Origin: an uncultured Candidatus Saccharibacteria bacterium
GTDB lineage: Bacteria; Patescibacteriota; JABMPQ01; JAQVVF01
Direction of reading: 5' to 3'
DNA: 64,000 nucleotides
NCBI GenBank assembly: GCA_964574655.1
Contig: CAZNOH010000001.1
Span: 73,852 to 137,851, forward strand
Shown: positions 27,601-38,348 of the stretch, piece after piece
How the letters are laid out: every line of letters begins with the position of its first letter
Numbering within the stretch: the stretch's first letter is position 1
The notes under the pieces: generated by a model
What the model was told of the DNA's origin: nothing
Seen by the model: only the letters and a program-made list of their open reading frames with translations
The model's database searches: none
Translations under genes and position numbers: made by a program

Positions 27601-28497
27601 ATGAGAAAAAAAACTGCTTTAATTTTGTTTTTGTTTTTGGTTTTTGTGGTAGTAGCGGGGACTGGTTGTAAGACAAAAAAGTTGGAGAATAATAAAATAA
27701 AAGTGGCGGCGACAATTTTTCCGCTTTTTGATATTATTAAAAATATTGCTGGAGATAAGATTAACGTAATCCAAATCTTACCAGCTGGTGCTAGTCCACA
27801 CACTTTTGAATTAACAACTGCAAAAGGAAAAGAACTACAAAATGCTTCTGATATTTTTATGATTGGCTACGGAATTGATAACTGGGCAAGTTCTGTTAAA
27901 GAGGCGATTGGTGACGTAAATGTTGTTACGGTTGACAAAAATATTAATTTAAAAACTGCCAAAGGCGATGAGGGGCAAGCGCAGTATGGGAATAAAGATC
28001 CTCATTATTGGCTATCTTTAGATAATGCCAAAGAAATATCAAAGACAATAGAACAAGAGCTTGAGAGAATTGATCCAAATAATTCAAAATATTATCAAGA
28101 TAATCTGAATAATTATCTTCAAAAACTTGATGTTTCTAAAAATAAAATTAATAAAGATCTTAAAGACGTAAAATCAAGAAAATTAGTGACTTTTCACGAT
28201 GCTTGGGAATATTTTGCAGATGAATTTAATTTAGATATTGTCGCGACATTTGAGCCATTTCCAGGAACTGAACCAACGCCTAAATATTTGCGAGATTTGA
28301 GCAATACGGTCAGAAATGAAAATGTTAAAGCCATTTTTTCAGAGCCGGAATTTTCAAATGAAACGATCAAGCCTTTTGTGAATGATGCTGGTTTGCAACT
28401 ATATATTTTGGATGCAGAAGGAAATTATTATGGAAATAGTTATATTGAAAATATGGAAGGAAATGCTAAGATTATTAAAGAAGCGTTGAGCCAATGA
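27601..28497 (+). CDS. znuA: Zn/Mn ABC transporter substrate-binding lipoprotein
   Basis: Lipobox AGTGC; SPHTFE, DPHYWL, FHDAW, FSE. Confidence 0.85.
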   Translation: MRKKTALILFLFLVFVVVAGTGCKTKKLENNKIKVAATIFPLFDIIKNIAGDKINVIQILPAGASPHTFELTTAKGKELQNASDIFMIGYGIDNWASSVKEAIGDVNVVTVDKNINLKTAKGDEGQAQYGNKDPHYWLSLDNAKEISKTIEQELERIDPNNSKYYQDNLNNYLQKLDVSKNKINKDLKDVKSRKLVTFHDAWEYFADEFNLDIVATFEPFPGTEPTPKYLRDLSNTVRNENVKAIFSEPEFSNETIKPFVNDAGLQLYILDAEGNYYGNSYIENMEGNAKIIKEALSQ

Positions 28498-28550
28498 AAA
28501 ATAACAAAATAACGAAATAACAAAAATAATTATAAATTAAAAATTTAAAA

Positions 28551-28946
28551 ATGACTGAAATTTCTAATAAAGAATTGATTGAAAAAGCAAAGTCGGTTAT
28601 AAATACAAAAAAAGTTGCAAATGATATGATTGCAGGTGATGTTGGTTGCGCTTTGGTGACTGATCAGGGCAATGTTTATGTTGGCGTTTGCATTGATTTT
28701 GTTTGTGGATTAGGTTTTTGCGCTGAAACAGCTGCAATTGCCAACATGATAACAAATGGAGAATACAAAATTAAAAAGTTAGTGGCGTATGGCCATGATA
28801 CGATCATGTATCCTTGTGGACGATGTAGAGAATTAATTCATCAAGTTCATAAAGATAATATAGAAACTGAAATTATTGTTAAAGATGAAAAGATTTTAAA
28901 ACTAAAAGATTTGCTTCCATATACTTGGGAGGAAAGTTGGAAATAA
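28551..28946 (+). CDS. cytidine deaminase family protein
   Basis: CAE and PCGRCRE. Confidence 0.88.
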   Translation: MTEISNKELIEKAKSVINTKKVANDMIAGDVGCALVTDQGNVYVGVCIDFVCGLGFCAETAAIANMITNGEYKIKKLVAYGHDTIMYPCGRCRELIHQVHKDNIETEIIVKDEKILKLKDLLPYTWEESWK

Positions 28947-29005
28947 CGAAGTCCATAAAGTGTAGAGACGTAGCATTGTTACGTTTGTACAAAAGTTTAT
29001 AAAGT

Positions 29006-29734
29006 ATGACTCGAACGTGTCCGCATAGCGATATTGTTGCAATCAAAGTTTCTGATCTTACTATAAAGTATGATTCTTTTGTGGCGCTTGAAAATATTAA
29101 TTTAGAAATTAGCAAAGGCTGTTTTGTTTCAATCATTGGTCCAAATGGTAGCGGTAAAACTACGTTGCTTCGATCAATGCTGGGTCTAATCGTGCCGAAA
29201 AACGGAAAGATAGAAATTTTTGGTAAAAATATATGGGAACAAAAGAAAATGCTTGGTTATGTGCCACAAAGATTTAGTTTTGATAAAACCTTTCCTTTGA
29301 CAGTAGAAGAATTTTTGAAATTTTCTTTAAGAAAAGGAACATCATTTGAAAAAATCGATGAAATGCTTGGGGAGGTAAATATGGAAGATAAGAAAAAGAA
29401 ATTATTAGGTCATTTATCAGGCGGACAATTGCAAAGAGTTTTGATTGCTCGGGCAATTTTAAATGAACCGCAAATTTTATTTTTGGATGAACCTGCTTCT
29501 GGTATTGATATTGGAGGAGAGAAAAGTTTTTACGAGTTGATGGATTATTTGAATGAAAAATACAAAATGACAATTATAATGATTTCTCATGAATTAGATG
29601 TTGTGGCAAAATATGCGCATCGAGTGATTTGTTTGGATAAAAAATTAATATGTTATGGTGATCCGAAAACTATTTTGGATTTGGAAATGGTAAAAAGATT
29701 GTATGGAGAAGATACGGCGATACATCAGCACTAA
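29006..29734 (+). CDS. znuC: metal ABC transporter ATP-binding protein
   Basis: GPNGSGKT, YVPQ, LSGGQ, FLDEP, SHEL. Confidence 0.88.
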   Translation: MTRTCPHSDIVAIKVSDLTIKYDSFVALENINLEISKGCFVSIIGPNGSGKTTLLRSMLGLIVPKNGKIEIFGKNIWEQKKMLGYVPQRFSFDKTFPLTVEEFLKFSLRKGTSFEKIDEMLGEVNMEDKKKKLLGHLSGGQLQRVLIARAILNEPQILFLDEPASGIDIGGEKSFYELMDYLNEKYKMTIIMISHELDVVAKYAHRVICLDKKLICYGDPKTILDLEMVKRLYGEDTAIHQH

Positions 29735-29740
29735 TGTTAA

Positions 29741-29883
29741 AAAACTCTAAACTCTAAATACTAAATTCTAAATAAATTCAAATTGCAAAATTTAAAAATT
29801 AAAAACTTAACGTTGATATTTTAAATTTTTGTTATTATAATTTTGGATTTATTTAGGATTTAGAGTTTAGAATTTAGAAATTT
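29741..29883. repeat. heptamer-period (TCTAAAY) imperfect inverted array
   Basis: Left arm tctaaactctaaatactaaattctaaataaattcaaa pairs with right arm; related copies at 37438-37565 and 60920-60970. Confidence 0.7.
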
Positions 29884-30705
29884 ATGATAGAAATATTACA
29901 ATTTCCATTTATGCAGAGAGCTTTGATTGCTGGAATTATTCTAGCAGTGCTTTTAGCTTTTTTGGGAGTTTTTGCTGTTTTAAAAAGAATGTCTTTTTTA
30001 GGTGATGGTATTGCGCATGCATCGTTAGCTGGAATCGCAATCGGTCTTTTGGCATCTTTGAATCCGTTAGTAATTGCAATATTCTACAGTATAATTATTG
30101 CTTTATTAATTTATGTTTTGGAAAAAAAGACCAAGCTTTCAGTTGATGCGATCATTGGAATTTTGTTTACTGCAAGTTTGGCTTTGGGTGTTGTATTAAT
30201 GAGCTTCAAGTCTGGTTATCAGCCAGATTTGATAAGTTTTATGTTTGGCAATATTTTGGCTGTAAGTATTAATGATTTGATAATAATGGCTAGTATTTCT
30301 GTTGTCGTAATAATTTTCTTGGCAATATTTTACAAAAAATTATCGTTAGTTGCTTTTGATAAAGAAGGCGCTTATTTGGCTGGCATAAATGTTTCTTTAT
30401 TTGAAATATTATTTAATGTATTTTTGGCAGTTGCTATTGTTCTCGGAGTTAAAATATTAGGTATTATTTTAGTTTCTGCTTTATTAATAATTCCAGCCTC
30501 AACGGCAAAAATTATTTCAAAATCATTTAGATCATTAATTATTTTAAGTATTATATTGGGAGAGATTACAGTAATTTCAGGAATGATTTTGTCATATGTT
30601 TTTGATTTGCCATCTGGTGCAGTAATAGTGTTATGCGGGACTGCGATTTTTATTTTGGTAGCTTCTTTTTATCGGTTATTCATATTCGGAGGTTATAGAA
30701 AGTAA
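29884..30705 (+). CDS. znuB: metal ABC transporter permease
   Basis: GDGIAHASLAG, FGNIL, GIILVSALLIIP. Confidence 0.88.
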   Translation: MIEILQFPFMQRALIAGIILAVLLAFLGVFAVLKRMSFLGDGIAHASLAGIAIGLLASLNPLVIAIFYSIIIALLIYVLEKKTKLSVDAIIGILFTASLALGVVLMSFKSGYQPDLISFMFGNILAVSINDLIIMASISVVVIIFLAIFYKKLSLVAFDKEGAYLAGINVSLFEILFNVFLAVAIVLGVKILGIILVSALLIIPASTAKIISKSFRSLIILSIILGEITVISGMILSYVFDLPSGAVIVLCGTAIFILVASFYRLFIFGGYRK

Positions 30706-30847
30706 AATAGACAATCCAATGTTTTTAATTGTTAAGATTGTTTTGACGCAGAAGTAAAAATTTTTGTGACAAAATTCTTGACGCAGAAGCTAACGCAGAA
30801 AATGCGGAACTTAATTGGTTTATTTTCTAAAATTTTTTAAAAAAAAT

Positions 30848-32575
30848 ATGGCAATATCAATGCAAGAAGTTGAAGGGGGGATAGAAGAATATTTAGAAGG
30901 AGAAATAAATCCAGAATTGAAAAGGGCTTTGGGTTTGCATATTGTTGATAAGGAGCCAGGCGGAAAGGGCAATGTTGAAAAAACTAGAAGTTTGGGTGCG
31001 ATGGTTGGAGCAGTTAATTCTGAAATAAATCGTTGCGAACCAGCAATGAAAGTTGATCGTCTTGCTTTGGAAGCAGGCAAAAGTGTTGTTGTGATTGGAC
31101 CGAATGGTTCGGGCAAAACAACTATTTTTGATGCTTTAATGGAAATTAGAAATGCTGATTTTGAAACAAAAGGCGGTGCAGGAGGAATGGTTTATGGAAA
31201 GTCAGAGCATTCTAGAGATAAATTAAGAATTGCCAGGTTGAATCAAGAGGAAATATTAGGGCAGATTGGCGATATGAAAGCAAGAGATGTATTAGATCAA
31301 TCAGCAAAATATTTTAAAAAACAACTGCCAATAAATTGGGAAGATGTTGATCTCTTTGAACAAAATACAGCAAATGAAGAGGCGCATCGAAGAATTGAAG
31401 AATTAATTTCAAAAGTTGCTGGATTGTTTAATATGGAAGAATTTTTAGATCGAAATGTCAGTCAATTATCTGGTGGAGAGAGAACTAAAGTTGTTTTGCT
31501 GACTGTTTTAGCATCAGAGCCGGATGTTTTGTTATTAGATGAGCCAACAAATCATTTGGATATGGTGAGTATTGCAAAATTAACAGCTTTATTTAATGTT
31601 TATAAAAAATCTGGAACTTCAATTGCAAGCATTAGTCATGTTGATTGGTTTCTCCGAGGTGCAGGAAACGATGGAGTAATTGAAGCTGCAGCTGATGAAA
31701 AAGGAAGAGAAGTTAGACAATCAACTACGACTTATGAAAAATATTTGAAGGATAGATCAAGAAAAAATTTTCAAATTATTACAGGCGATATAGATTGGCG
31801 AAAAAAGAAATGGACGCATGGTGAGACAGTAATTAGTGCTCCAGAATGGCTGACTGTTCCTGATTCTCCATTGCAGAAAGTTAAATTTCCTTCGGTTCAG
31901 GCTGGCGAGGTAGTGTTTTTGTCTGGAGAGAATGGCACAGGAAAAACAAAGTTGATGGAGGCTTTAGTTGCTGGACGTGGTAAGGATTTACAAAGTTTTG
32001 ACAAGTTAAAAGGCGTCAATTTTGCGTATATGCCGCAATTCTGGCCAGAAGATGTTGCATCTGGAACTTTGGAAGATTTTTTTGGATGGGTGAAAGAGAG
32101 TGTTGATCCGCATAGCATAATTCAACCAGGAAGATTTTCTCAAGAAGCAAGAGATTTAAATTTTGGCGGCAATAAAAAATTTGAAGCATCCTGGTTAAAA
32201 AGAAAATTGAACACTTTTTCTGGCGGAGAACAAAGATTGCTTTGGTTTTTGGCTGTTAGCTCTGTTGAAAATGTTGATGTCTTAGTTTTGGATGAGCCAA
32301 CAAATCATATGGATCGACAATTGCAAGCAAGAATTACTAAAGCAATGCAGAATTTTCCAGGAGCCTTAGTTATTTCAACTCATGATGTTGATTTGATGAA
32401 AGCATTGTCATTGGATGTTGGAAAAAAAGTTGGGTCAACGGTAAAGCCAAGAAATTTGGTTTTGACAAAGCAAAAAGGATTGACGTCGATTGCTGAAGTA
32501 AAAGAGAGTCCTTATGCTTATGCGGAAAAAGTTAGAGAAGAGGCGTCGAGAAAGGCGAGGAACTTTAAACTATGA
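30848..32575 (+). CDS. ABC-F-like double-ATPase protein
   Basis: Two Walker A motifs, LSGGE/FSGGE, two LDEPTNH, no TM. Confidence 0.85.
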   Translation: MAISMQEVEGGIEEYLEGEINPELKRALGLHIVDKEPGGKGNVEKTRSLGAMVGAVNSEINRCEPAMKVDRLALEAGKSVVVIGPNGSGKTTIFDALMEIRNADFETKGGAGGMVYGKSEHSRDKLRIARLNQEEILGQIGDMKARDVLDQSAKYFKKQLPINWEDVDLFEQNTANEEAHRRIEELISKVAGLFNMEEFLDRNVSQLSGGERTKVVLLTVLASEPDVLLLDEPTNHLDMVSIAKLTALFNVYKKSGTSIASISHVDWFLRGAGNDGVIEAAADEKGREVRQSTTTYEKYLKDRSRKNFQIITGDIDWRKKKWTHGETVISAPEWLTVPDSPLQKVKFPSVQAGEVVFLSGENGTGKTKLMEALVAGRGKDLQSFDKLKGVNFAYMPQFWPEDVASGTLEDFFGWVKESVDPHSIIQPGRFSQEARDLNFGGNKKFEASWLKRKLNTFSGGEQRLLWFLAVSSVENVDVLVLDEPTNHMDRQLQARITKAMQNFPGALVISTHDVDLMKALSLDVGKKVGSTVKPRNLVLTKQKGLTSIAEVKESPYAYAEKVREEASRKARNFKL

Positions 32576-32663
32576 TGCCAATCTACGAATTTTATGCCAA
32601 TCTGCAAATTGCTAATATATGGTGCTAATCTATAAATTGTGAATAATTATAAATAACTAAATT

Positions 32664-33038
32664 ATGGAAAAATATACATCATTGGTTTTAGATCATTTTG
32701 AAAAGCCGAGAAATGTTGGCGAGGTGAAAGAGCATAATGCGATGGCAATGATGTCTAATTCTAAATCAATTTGTGGCGATACAATAAAATTAACTTTAAG
32801 AATTGAAAATAATATTATAAAAGATATTAAATTTCAAACTTTGGGTTGTGTGGCGAGTATGGCTTCAAGTTCAATGCTGACAAGTTTGGCAAAGAATAAA
32901 ACACTTGATCAGGCTTTGAAATTGACTGATCTAGATGTTGTTAAAGCATTAGGTGGAATGCCGGCGCAAAAAATGTTGTGTTCTAATTTTGCGGCATCTG
33001 TTTTGCATCAGGCGATAAAAGATTATTTAAAAAAATAA
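32664..33038 (+). CDS. IscU/NifU-like Fe-S scaffold
   Basis: DHFEKPRNVG, CGD, GC and C-terminal Cys. Confidence 0.88.
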   Translation: MEKYTSLVLDHFEKPRNVGEVKEHNAMAMMSNSKSICGDTIKLTLRIENNIIKDIKFQTLGCVASMASSSMLTSLAKNKTLDQALKLTDLDVVKALGGMPAQKMLCSNFAASVLHQAIKDYLKK

Positions 33039-33102
33039 AATATAATTTGGAATAAAAAAATACCAATTAATTTCGGTATTTTATTTTTGAGCTATATAAT
33101 TA

Positions 33103-33939
33103 TTATTCAGTCTTGATCTTGTTAGCAAAAGTCTGAACTGTATCTCCACCGCCGATTTTGATTCTTGGTAATTTCAGTAATTGGCTGGTTTTGTGATTAT
33201 TGTTGTCTTCAGTTGTGAAAGCAGCTTTAAATTTATTTTTTTTGATTGCATTCAAAACATTGTCATTATAACTGCCATAAGGATAGGCGAAATAGTCAAT
33301 TTTTGTGTCCAATCCTTCTTCTAAAGCAGTTTTGTTGATGGTTATTTCTTGGTCTAACTGTTCTGGCGATATTTTTGTCAACTTCATGTGATTCAAAGTA
33401 TGTCCGCCAATAAAAACTCTGCCAGATGCTACCATATATTTTAAATGGTACCAATCAAGATATTTTTCACGGCCTAAGAAATTCGAAATTATAAAGTTAG
33501 TGGCTGTTAAACGATTGTCGCGTAGAATTGGAAAAACTTCTTCAAAAAAATCTAAATAGCCATCATCAAAAGTGAGCATTATTGGTTTTTCTGGCAATGG
33601 CGTTCCATATTTTAGATATTGATAAAGATCATTTGGAGTAATTGTTGTATAATTTTCTTTAACTAAATAATCCATCTGTTGTTGAAATGTAGATGGAGGA
33701 ATTGAAAGGCCCCAGCCTAGACTATCAGGTTGAGGAGCAATATCTCTGACGTAATGATAGAGAATAATTGGTATTTTTGTTTCACGTTCAATAATCTCTG
33801 AATCAATTTTCAAGTGTTTAATTAAGGCTCCGCTTGCTTCTTGTGAGTTTGTTTTGTTTGGCTTTTTTTGAGAGTAGGAAGTATAGATGACTGTTGCAAA
33901 AACAATAATCAAGCCAAAAATTATTAGATATTTTTTCAT
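33103..33939 (-). CDS. polysaccharide deacetylase (CE4)
   Basis: ILYH, TFDDGY, GHTLNH, FAYPYG. Confidence 0.92.
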   Translation of the reverse strand: MKKYLIIFGLIIVFATVIYTSYSQKKPNKTNSQEASGALIKHLKIDSEIIERETKIPIILYHYVRDIAPQPDSLGWGLSIPPSTFQQQMDYLVKENYTTITPNDLYQYLKYGTPLPEKPIMLTFDDGYLDFFEEVFPILRDNRLTATNFIISNFLGREKYLDWYHLKYMVASGRVFIGGHTLNHMKLTKISPEQLDQEITINKTALEEGLDTKIDYFAYPYGSYNDNVLNAIKKNKFKAAFTTEDNNNHKTSQLLKLPRIKIGGGDTVQTFANKIKTE

Positions 33940-34252
33940 GGTTAAATTCAGTATAGCATTTTGTATAAAAAAATTAAAATATATTAAATATAATTTAGAA
34001 TAGGGAAGATAGCAGTTGATAATTTAATCCCCTACACTTCCCTATTGTCGAATTTTTTTAATTGCTCGAATAAAAAAGTTATTTGATAAATATATAGCAG
34101 GAGAGAGACTTGTTTTGTCTAATATTTATGTTTTTATGATTTTTATTATGACTATTTTTTTGATTTTTAAAAATAATTTTTTTTGACTTGTTGTATCGGT
34201 TGTGCTATATTGTTATGTCCGTAAAATGGCGGACCAGCTTGAGGAGGTTGTG

Positions 34253-34549
34253 ATGTTGCAATGCAGATGTTGCAAACAAAATTTTGAGCCAGGTGATAAT
34301 GATCAAGCTGTTTGTGATATTTGTAGAGATGAGAATTCAGTTTTTGCAGATCTGGCAAGGATGGAGGCCGAATGTGTACCACTGACTATTGTAGAATTTG
34401 ATTTGCAAAAGAAGCAACGAGAAGAAGCAGAGATGAGAGAAAATCCTTTTTCAGAAAATGGGGAAGCAAGTGTTTCGTCAGAAGCTGGTTTGGAAGAACA
34501 AAGAAAAATTAATCTTGATCCTTTTTATTTGAACAGAGATACCTTTTGA
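34253..34549 (+). CDS. small orphan with two CxxC motifs
   Basis: TTGACT...TATATT promoter, GAGGAGG SD, terminator at about 34558-34590. Confidence 0.55.
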   Translation: MLQCRCCKQNFEPGDNDQAVCDICRDENSVFADLARMEAECVPLTIVEFDLQKKQREEAEMRENPFSENGEASVSSEAGLEEQRKINLDPFYLNRDTF

Positions 34550-34870
34550 TCTTTTTAACCCATTATGATTTCCTAACGGGTTTTTTATTTGAATTAATTT
34601 TCAGGCTAGGTATTGTTTGGACCGGATAATAATAAATTAATTAATATATAAACACACTTGTTTTATATTTGAAAGTAGGTTAAAGGTGACAAGATAAAGA
34701 AGAAAGCTACTAACAATAATCAATAATAAATCTCTGAGTATTCAGATGGAATTTTTTGAAAAGTCTAGTTCCCTATTTTGCCATATTTTTGTGGATAATT
34801 ATTTAATAAATTAATTTAATTAGTATATAATATATATCGGTAGGCAATATATTGGATAACTATATAAAAC

Positions 34871-35224
34871 ATGAAACTAGAATCAAAAAAATATTGGGAC
34901 GATTTAATTAAAAAATCAATTACGAAATTTTTCATTTTGTCAGCGCTTTATGGCAAAGAATGCTATGGTTATGAGCTTGCTTCTTTGGTTTTTAATAATT
35001 CTTATGGTTCTTGTTCCCCATCTTTCGGGACTATATATCCAACTTTGAATTTATTATTGAGAGGCAAGTATGTCGAAAAGAATGATGTTTTTATTGGCAG
35101 GAGAAAGAAAAAAGTTTATTTTTTGACAGGCAAAGGCAGAAAAGCTTATCAGGTTGCTTTGCGAGCTTTTTGTGATCAAGCGGTATTATTATCAAGTATT
35201 TGCGATAATGATTTGAGAGGTTAA
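34871..35224 (+). CDS. PadR family regulator
   Basis: YGYEL...GTIYPTL...KKVYFLTGKG. Confidence 0.9.
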   Translation: MKLESKKYWDDLIKKSITKFFILSALYGKECYGYELASLVFNNSYGSCSPSFGTIYPTLNLLLRGKYVEKNDVFIGRRKKKVYFLTGKGRKAYQVALRAFCDQAVLLSSICDNDLRG

Positions 35225-35428
35225 ATTGCTAAATTGCTAAATTGTTTTTGAATAATATTGCTAATTTTATAAATGAGTTTGCGAATTAGGTTAATTCTAC
35301 TCTGCCCATGGCAGATATTTTGGGTTTAAATAACCCTTGCCCCAGCCATGAAGGCGGGGCAGGCATGGGCAAGGTAGAAGGGCTCTAAAATTTGACAAAA
35401 TCATTATAATGTTATATACTTAAACATT

Positions 35429-36802
35429 ATGAAAAAGAGCCTAATTCTGACAACTTTAGTGCTATTTCTGGCAAGCGTGTTTTTGCCTGGTTTAAGCTTG
35501 GCTAAGGTAAATCCTATTCCTTATAAAGACAAGGTTGGATTGAATGTGCATTGGGCTTTGGGTGGAGATAATGACGGGTTAGATGCAGATTATGAGACAA
35601 GGTTGAAAGATAGTAAGACTAAGCTTGTGAGAGAGCATTTTCAAATGGAATCATTATGGGGCAATGATATTAATGCTTGGTTAAGGCGCTATGATTTAAT
35701 AATGGAGAATTATAGAAAACAAAACATAAAAGTAGTAGGTATGTTGGCATACAACAAGGATTATGGAGATTTTAGAGCTCCGAATGAAGTAATTTGGCGA
35801 GAATTTGTGGCTTTAGTTGCGGATCGTTATAAAGATTATGTTGATGTTTGGGAAATTTGGAATGAGCCTGACTCACCTACTTATTTGACTCCAAATAATC
35901 CAAAAGCATACGGAATGATTTTGAAGCCTGCTTATACTGTTATAAAAATGGTTGACCCAGAAGCGATTGTTATAACAGGCGGATTATCTTGGCCAAATCC
36001 GTATTTTATTAAGCAAATGTATCAAAAATATGGAAATTATTTTGATGGACTTGGTCTTCATTTATATTATGCTGACCAATATTTTGCGGAAGGAAAAAGC
36101 TTGAATGCTTTATTGTCTGATTTGGATCGAGCAAGTTTGATTATGAAAAAATATAATAAAAATCATAAAATTTGGATTACAGAAATGGGCGTTTCAACTG
36201 GCGGGACAGGCATTACTGATGATATGCAAAAAGAATATTTTCGAAATGCAATTCCAGAGATTTTGAGACGCAAATACGTAGAAATGATTTTGATTTATAA
36301 TATTAGAAATTATGATTATCGCGGATTATTTGAAAATCATTTTGGTTTGTTAAAAACTGATATGCAACCAAAACCAGCTTGGGGCTGGTATACAAATATT
36401 AAGATCGGACCTTATGGCAAGAAAAAAGTTGCCAAGGTTGAACAAAAAATATTGGCGACAGAGCTAATGACTAATTTAAAGGCAGACTACTTTAAAACAA
36501 AGAAAGATCGCGCAAAATATTTGCCAAAAACATTTACATGGAAATGGTTGAATTTGAGAAACGCTTATATTTATGGCGGATATAATACAAAACAAATTGC
36601 TTATTCTTTGAAATATGGAAAAGCAGTAAGCTATACCATTCCTTTCAAATTATGGAAAGAAACAAAAGATTATAAAGAAGTGATGAAGAAGCAATTCAAG
36701 GACAATAGGGCGAGTGTTGCGAAAAAGAAGGCAAAAAATGAAAAAAAGGTAAAAGTAAAAAGTAAAAAGGAAAAAGCTACAAGTAAAAAGTCAAAAAAAT
36801 AA
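35429..36802 (+). CDS. secreted clan GH-A glycoside hydrolase (GH39/GH5-like)
   Basis: Signal peptide; WEIWNEPD acid/base and IWITEMG nucleophile; Lys-rich tail. Confidence 0.85.
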   Translation: MKKSLILTTLVLFLASVFLPGLSLAKVNPIPYKDKVGLNVHWALGGDNDGLDADYETRLKDSKTKLVREHFQMESLWGNDINAWLRRYDLIMENYRKQNIKVVGMLAYNKDYGDFRAPNEVIWREFVALVADRYKDYVDVWEIWNEPDSPTYLTPNNPKAYGMILKPAYTVIKMVDPEAIVITGGLSWPNPYFIKQMYQKYGNYFDGLGLHLYYADQYFAEGKSLNALLSDLDRASLIMKKYNKNHKIWITEMGVSTGGTGITDDMQKEYFRNAIPEILRRKYVEMILIYNIRNYDYRGLFENHFGLLKTDMQPKPAWGWYTNIKIGPYGKKKVAKVEQKILATELMTNLKADYFKTKKDRAKYLPKTFTWKWLNLRNAYIYGGYNTKQIAYSLKYGKAVSYTIPFKLWKETKDYKEVMKKQFKDNRASVAKKKAKNEKKVKVKSKKEKATSKKSKK

Positions 36803-36853
36803 CGGGAATATTGAATATTAAAATATTACGGATATTTTTAAATTGTTGAACTG

Positions 36854-37432
36854 TTATTTTATCAATTTTGCTTGGATAGCCAGACGGGAGAGAGTGGTGT
36901 TTGGAGGCCAACAGGTGAGGAGAGTGATAATTTTGTTATTTTCTTGGTCAAAAATTGAAAGGTCTGAAGGGCTCAGGTAAAATTTTTGAAAAGTTTTATA
37001 TTTATATAGTTTATTTTTATAGGCTATAAAGACGAGGTCGTCTTTTTTTATTTGGTTTAAATTTAAGAAAACAGAATCATAGTCTCCCCTGTTCCATAAA
37101 AAATTTGAGGAATGTCCAATATAGACTGAATTGCCGATTTTATTTGGCTTGGCAGTATAGGGGAAATGGACAATCCCCTTTTTTAGATTTTCTAAAATTA
37201 TTTTTTCATTTTGATTTTTAATAAAAATAATTGGCACAGAAATTCCTAAATTTGGAATGATTAGCGTGTTATTTTTATAGATTTTGTGATTAAGAATTTT
37301 GCTTATCTTTTTAATCTTTTTTTGTTTATTTAAATTAAAATTCGTTTGATGAATAATTGTTGGCGTGTTGATCAAAAGATAGGATGTTAAAATTAAAGCG
37401 AAGATGATGAAAATGTGTTTTGATAATTTCAT
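36854..37432 (-). CDS. sortase
   Basis: GHSS, TLLTCWP and R catalytic triad; N-terminal TM. Confidence 0.9.
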   Translation of the reverse strand: MKLSKHIFIIFALILTSYLLINTPTIIHQTNFNLNKQKKIKKISKILNHKIYKNNTLIIPNLGISVPIIFIKNQNEKIILENLKKGIVHFPYTAKPNKIGNSVYIGHSSNFLWNRGDYDSVFLNLNQIKKDDLVFIAYKNKLYKYKTFQKFYLSPSDLSIFDQENNKIITLLTCWPPNTTLSRLAIQAKLIK

Positions 37433-37631
37433 TATAAAAAATTCTAAATTCTAAACACTAAATCCTAAATAAATTCAAATTATCAAAATTCAAAAAGTGT
37501 TTTTTGTTTTTGGTATTTTTTTATTTTAAATTTATTTAGAGTTTAGAATTTAGGATTTTTAATTTTAGTTCATTTCTATTATAATACATTTGGGAAGAGT
37601 ATTCCCGTCCTTTGAAAAATAGGAGGGCAGG

Positions 37632-38288
37632 ATGAGGAAAATGGGAGGGTTTTTTATTTGGTTGAGTTTTTTGTTTTTAAGCTGTGTTGATAGTATCAAC
37701 AGTAACGGAGTTATCTCAGATACTAAATTGCAAAATAACGGTTCAAGCAATGCGAAAGATGAAGAATCTGAGACTGAAAATGTTAATTCTGGAAAAAAAG
37801 AACCTTGGGATTATCGCCAAACAAATTATCAAAATAATGATTTAGGATTTAGATTGTCGTATCCGAATAGTTGGAATTTCTTGGAAACTGGCGATGTTGA
37901 TTCTGGGCTTGTTTTAATGATGGGTAATTTTGATTTTGATGGTTTATATCATCCAAAAGAAAATGAGATTTCAGTCGAAGGACTATATTATGATAATCCT
38001 GAAAATATTGATTTGTGGAATTTTGCAATTTTGAAACGTCCTAATTTTCGAGGAATGTTGGTAAATTATGAAATAAGCGATGAAAGCTTGAGGCTATTAT
38101 TTGATTGCATAGAAATGCCGGAAGATTATCAAGGCGAATGGATGTCTGGATATGTTGAAGATTATTATTTTGCAAAAGATGATAGAGTTTACTTTTTTTC
38201 AGCATCTGTTTTGGAAAGAGACGCGATTTTTTTGGCAGAGTTTGAAACAATGATGGCTAGTTTTGAATTTTATCCTCCTTCGTTTTAG
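37632..38288 (+). CDS. lipoprotein, PsbP-like fold
   Basis: FLSC lipobox; YQNNDLGFRLSYPNSW; ends FETMMASFEF. Confidence 0.65.
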   Translation: MRKMGGFFIWLSFLFLSCVDSINSNGVISDTKLQNNGSSNAKDEESETENVNSGKKEPWDYRQTNYQNNDLGFRLSYPNSWNFLETGDVDSGLVLMMGNFDFDGLYHPKENEISVEGLYYDNPENIDLWNFAILKRPNFRGMLVNYEISDESLRLLFDCIEMPEDYQGEWMSGYVEDYYFAKDDRVYFFSASVLERDAIFLAEFETMMASFEFYPPSF

Positions 38289-38306
38289 GATTTTGGATGA
38301 TAAGAG

Positions 38307-38334
38307 GTCTGCCTTCGCTAAAGCTTCGGCAGAC
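38307..38334. repeat. dispersed palindrome (GCCTTCGCTAAAGCTTCGGC family)
   Basis: GTCTGCC-TTCGCTAAAGCTTC-GGCAGAC. Confidence 0.8.
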
Positions 38335-38348
38335 GAGGGAGGTCGAAA

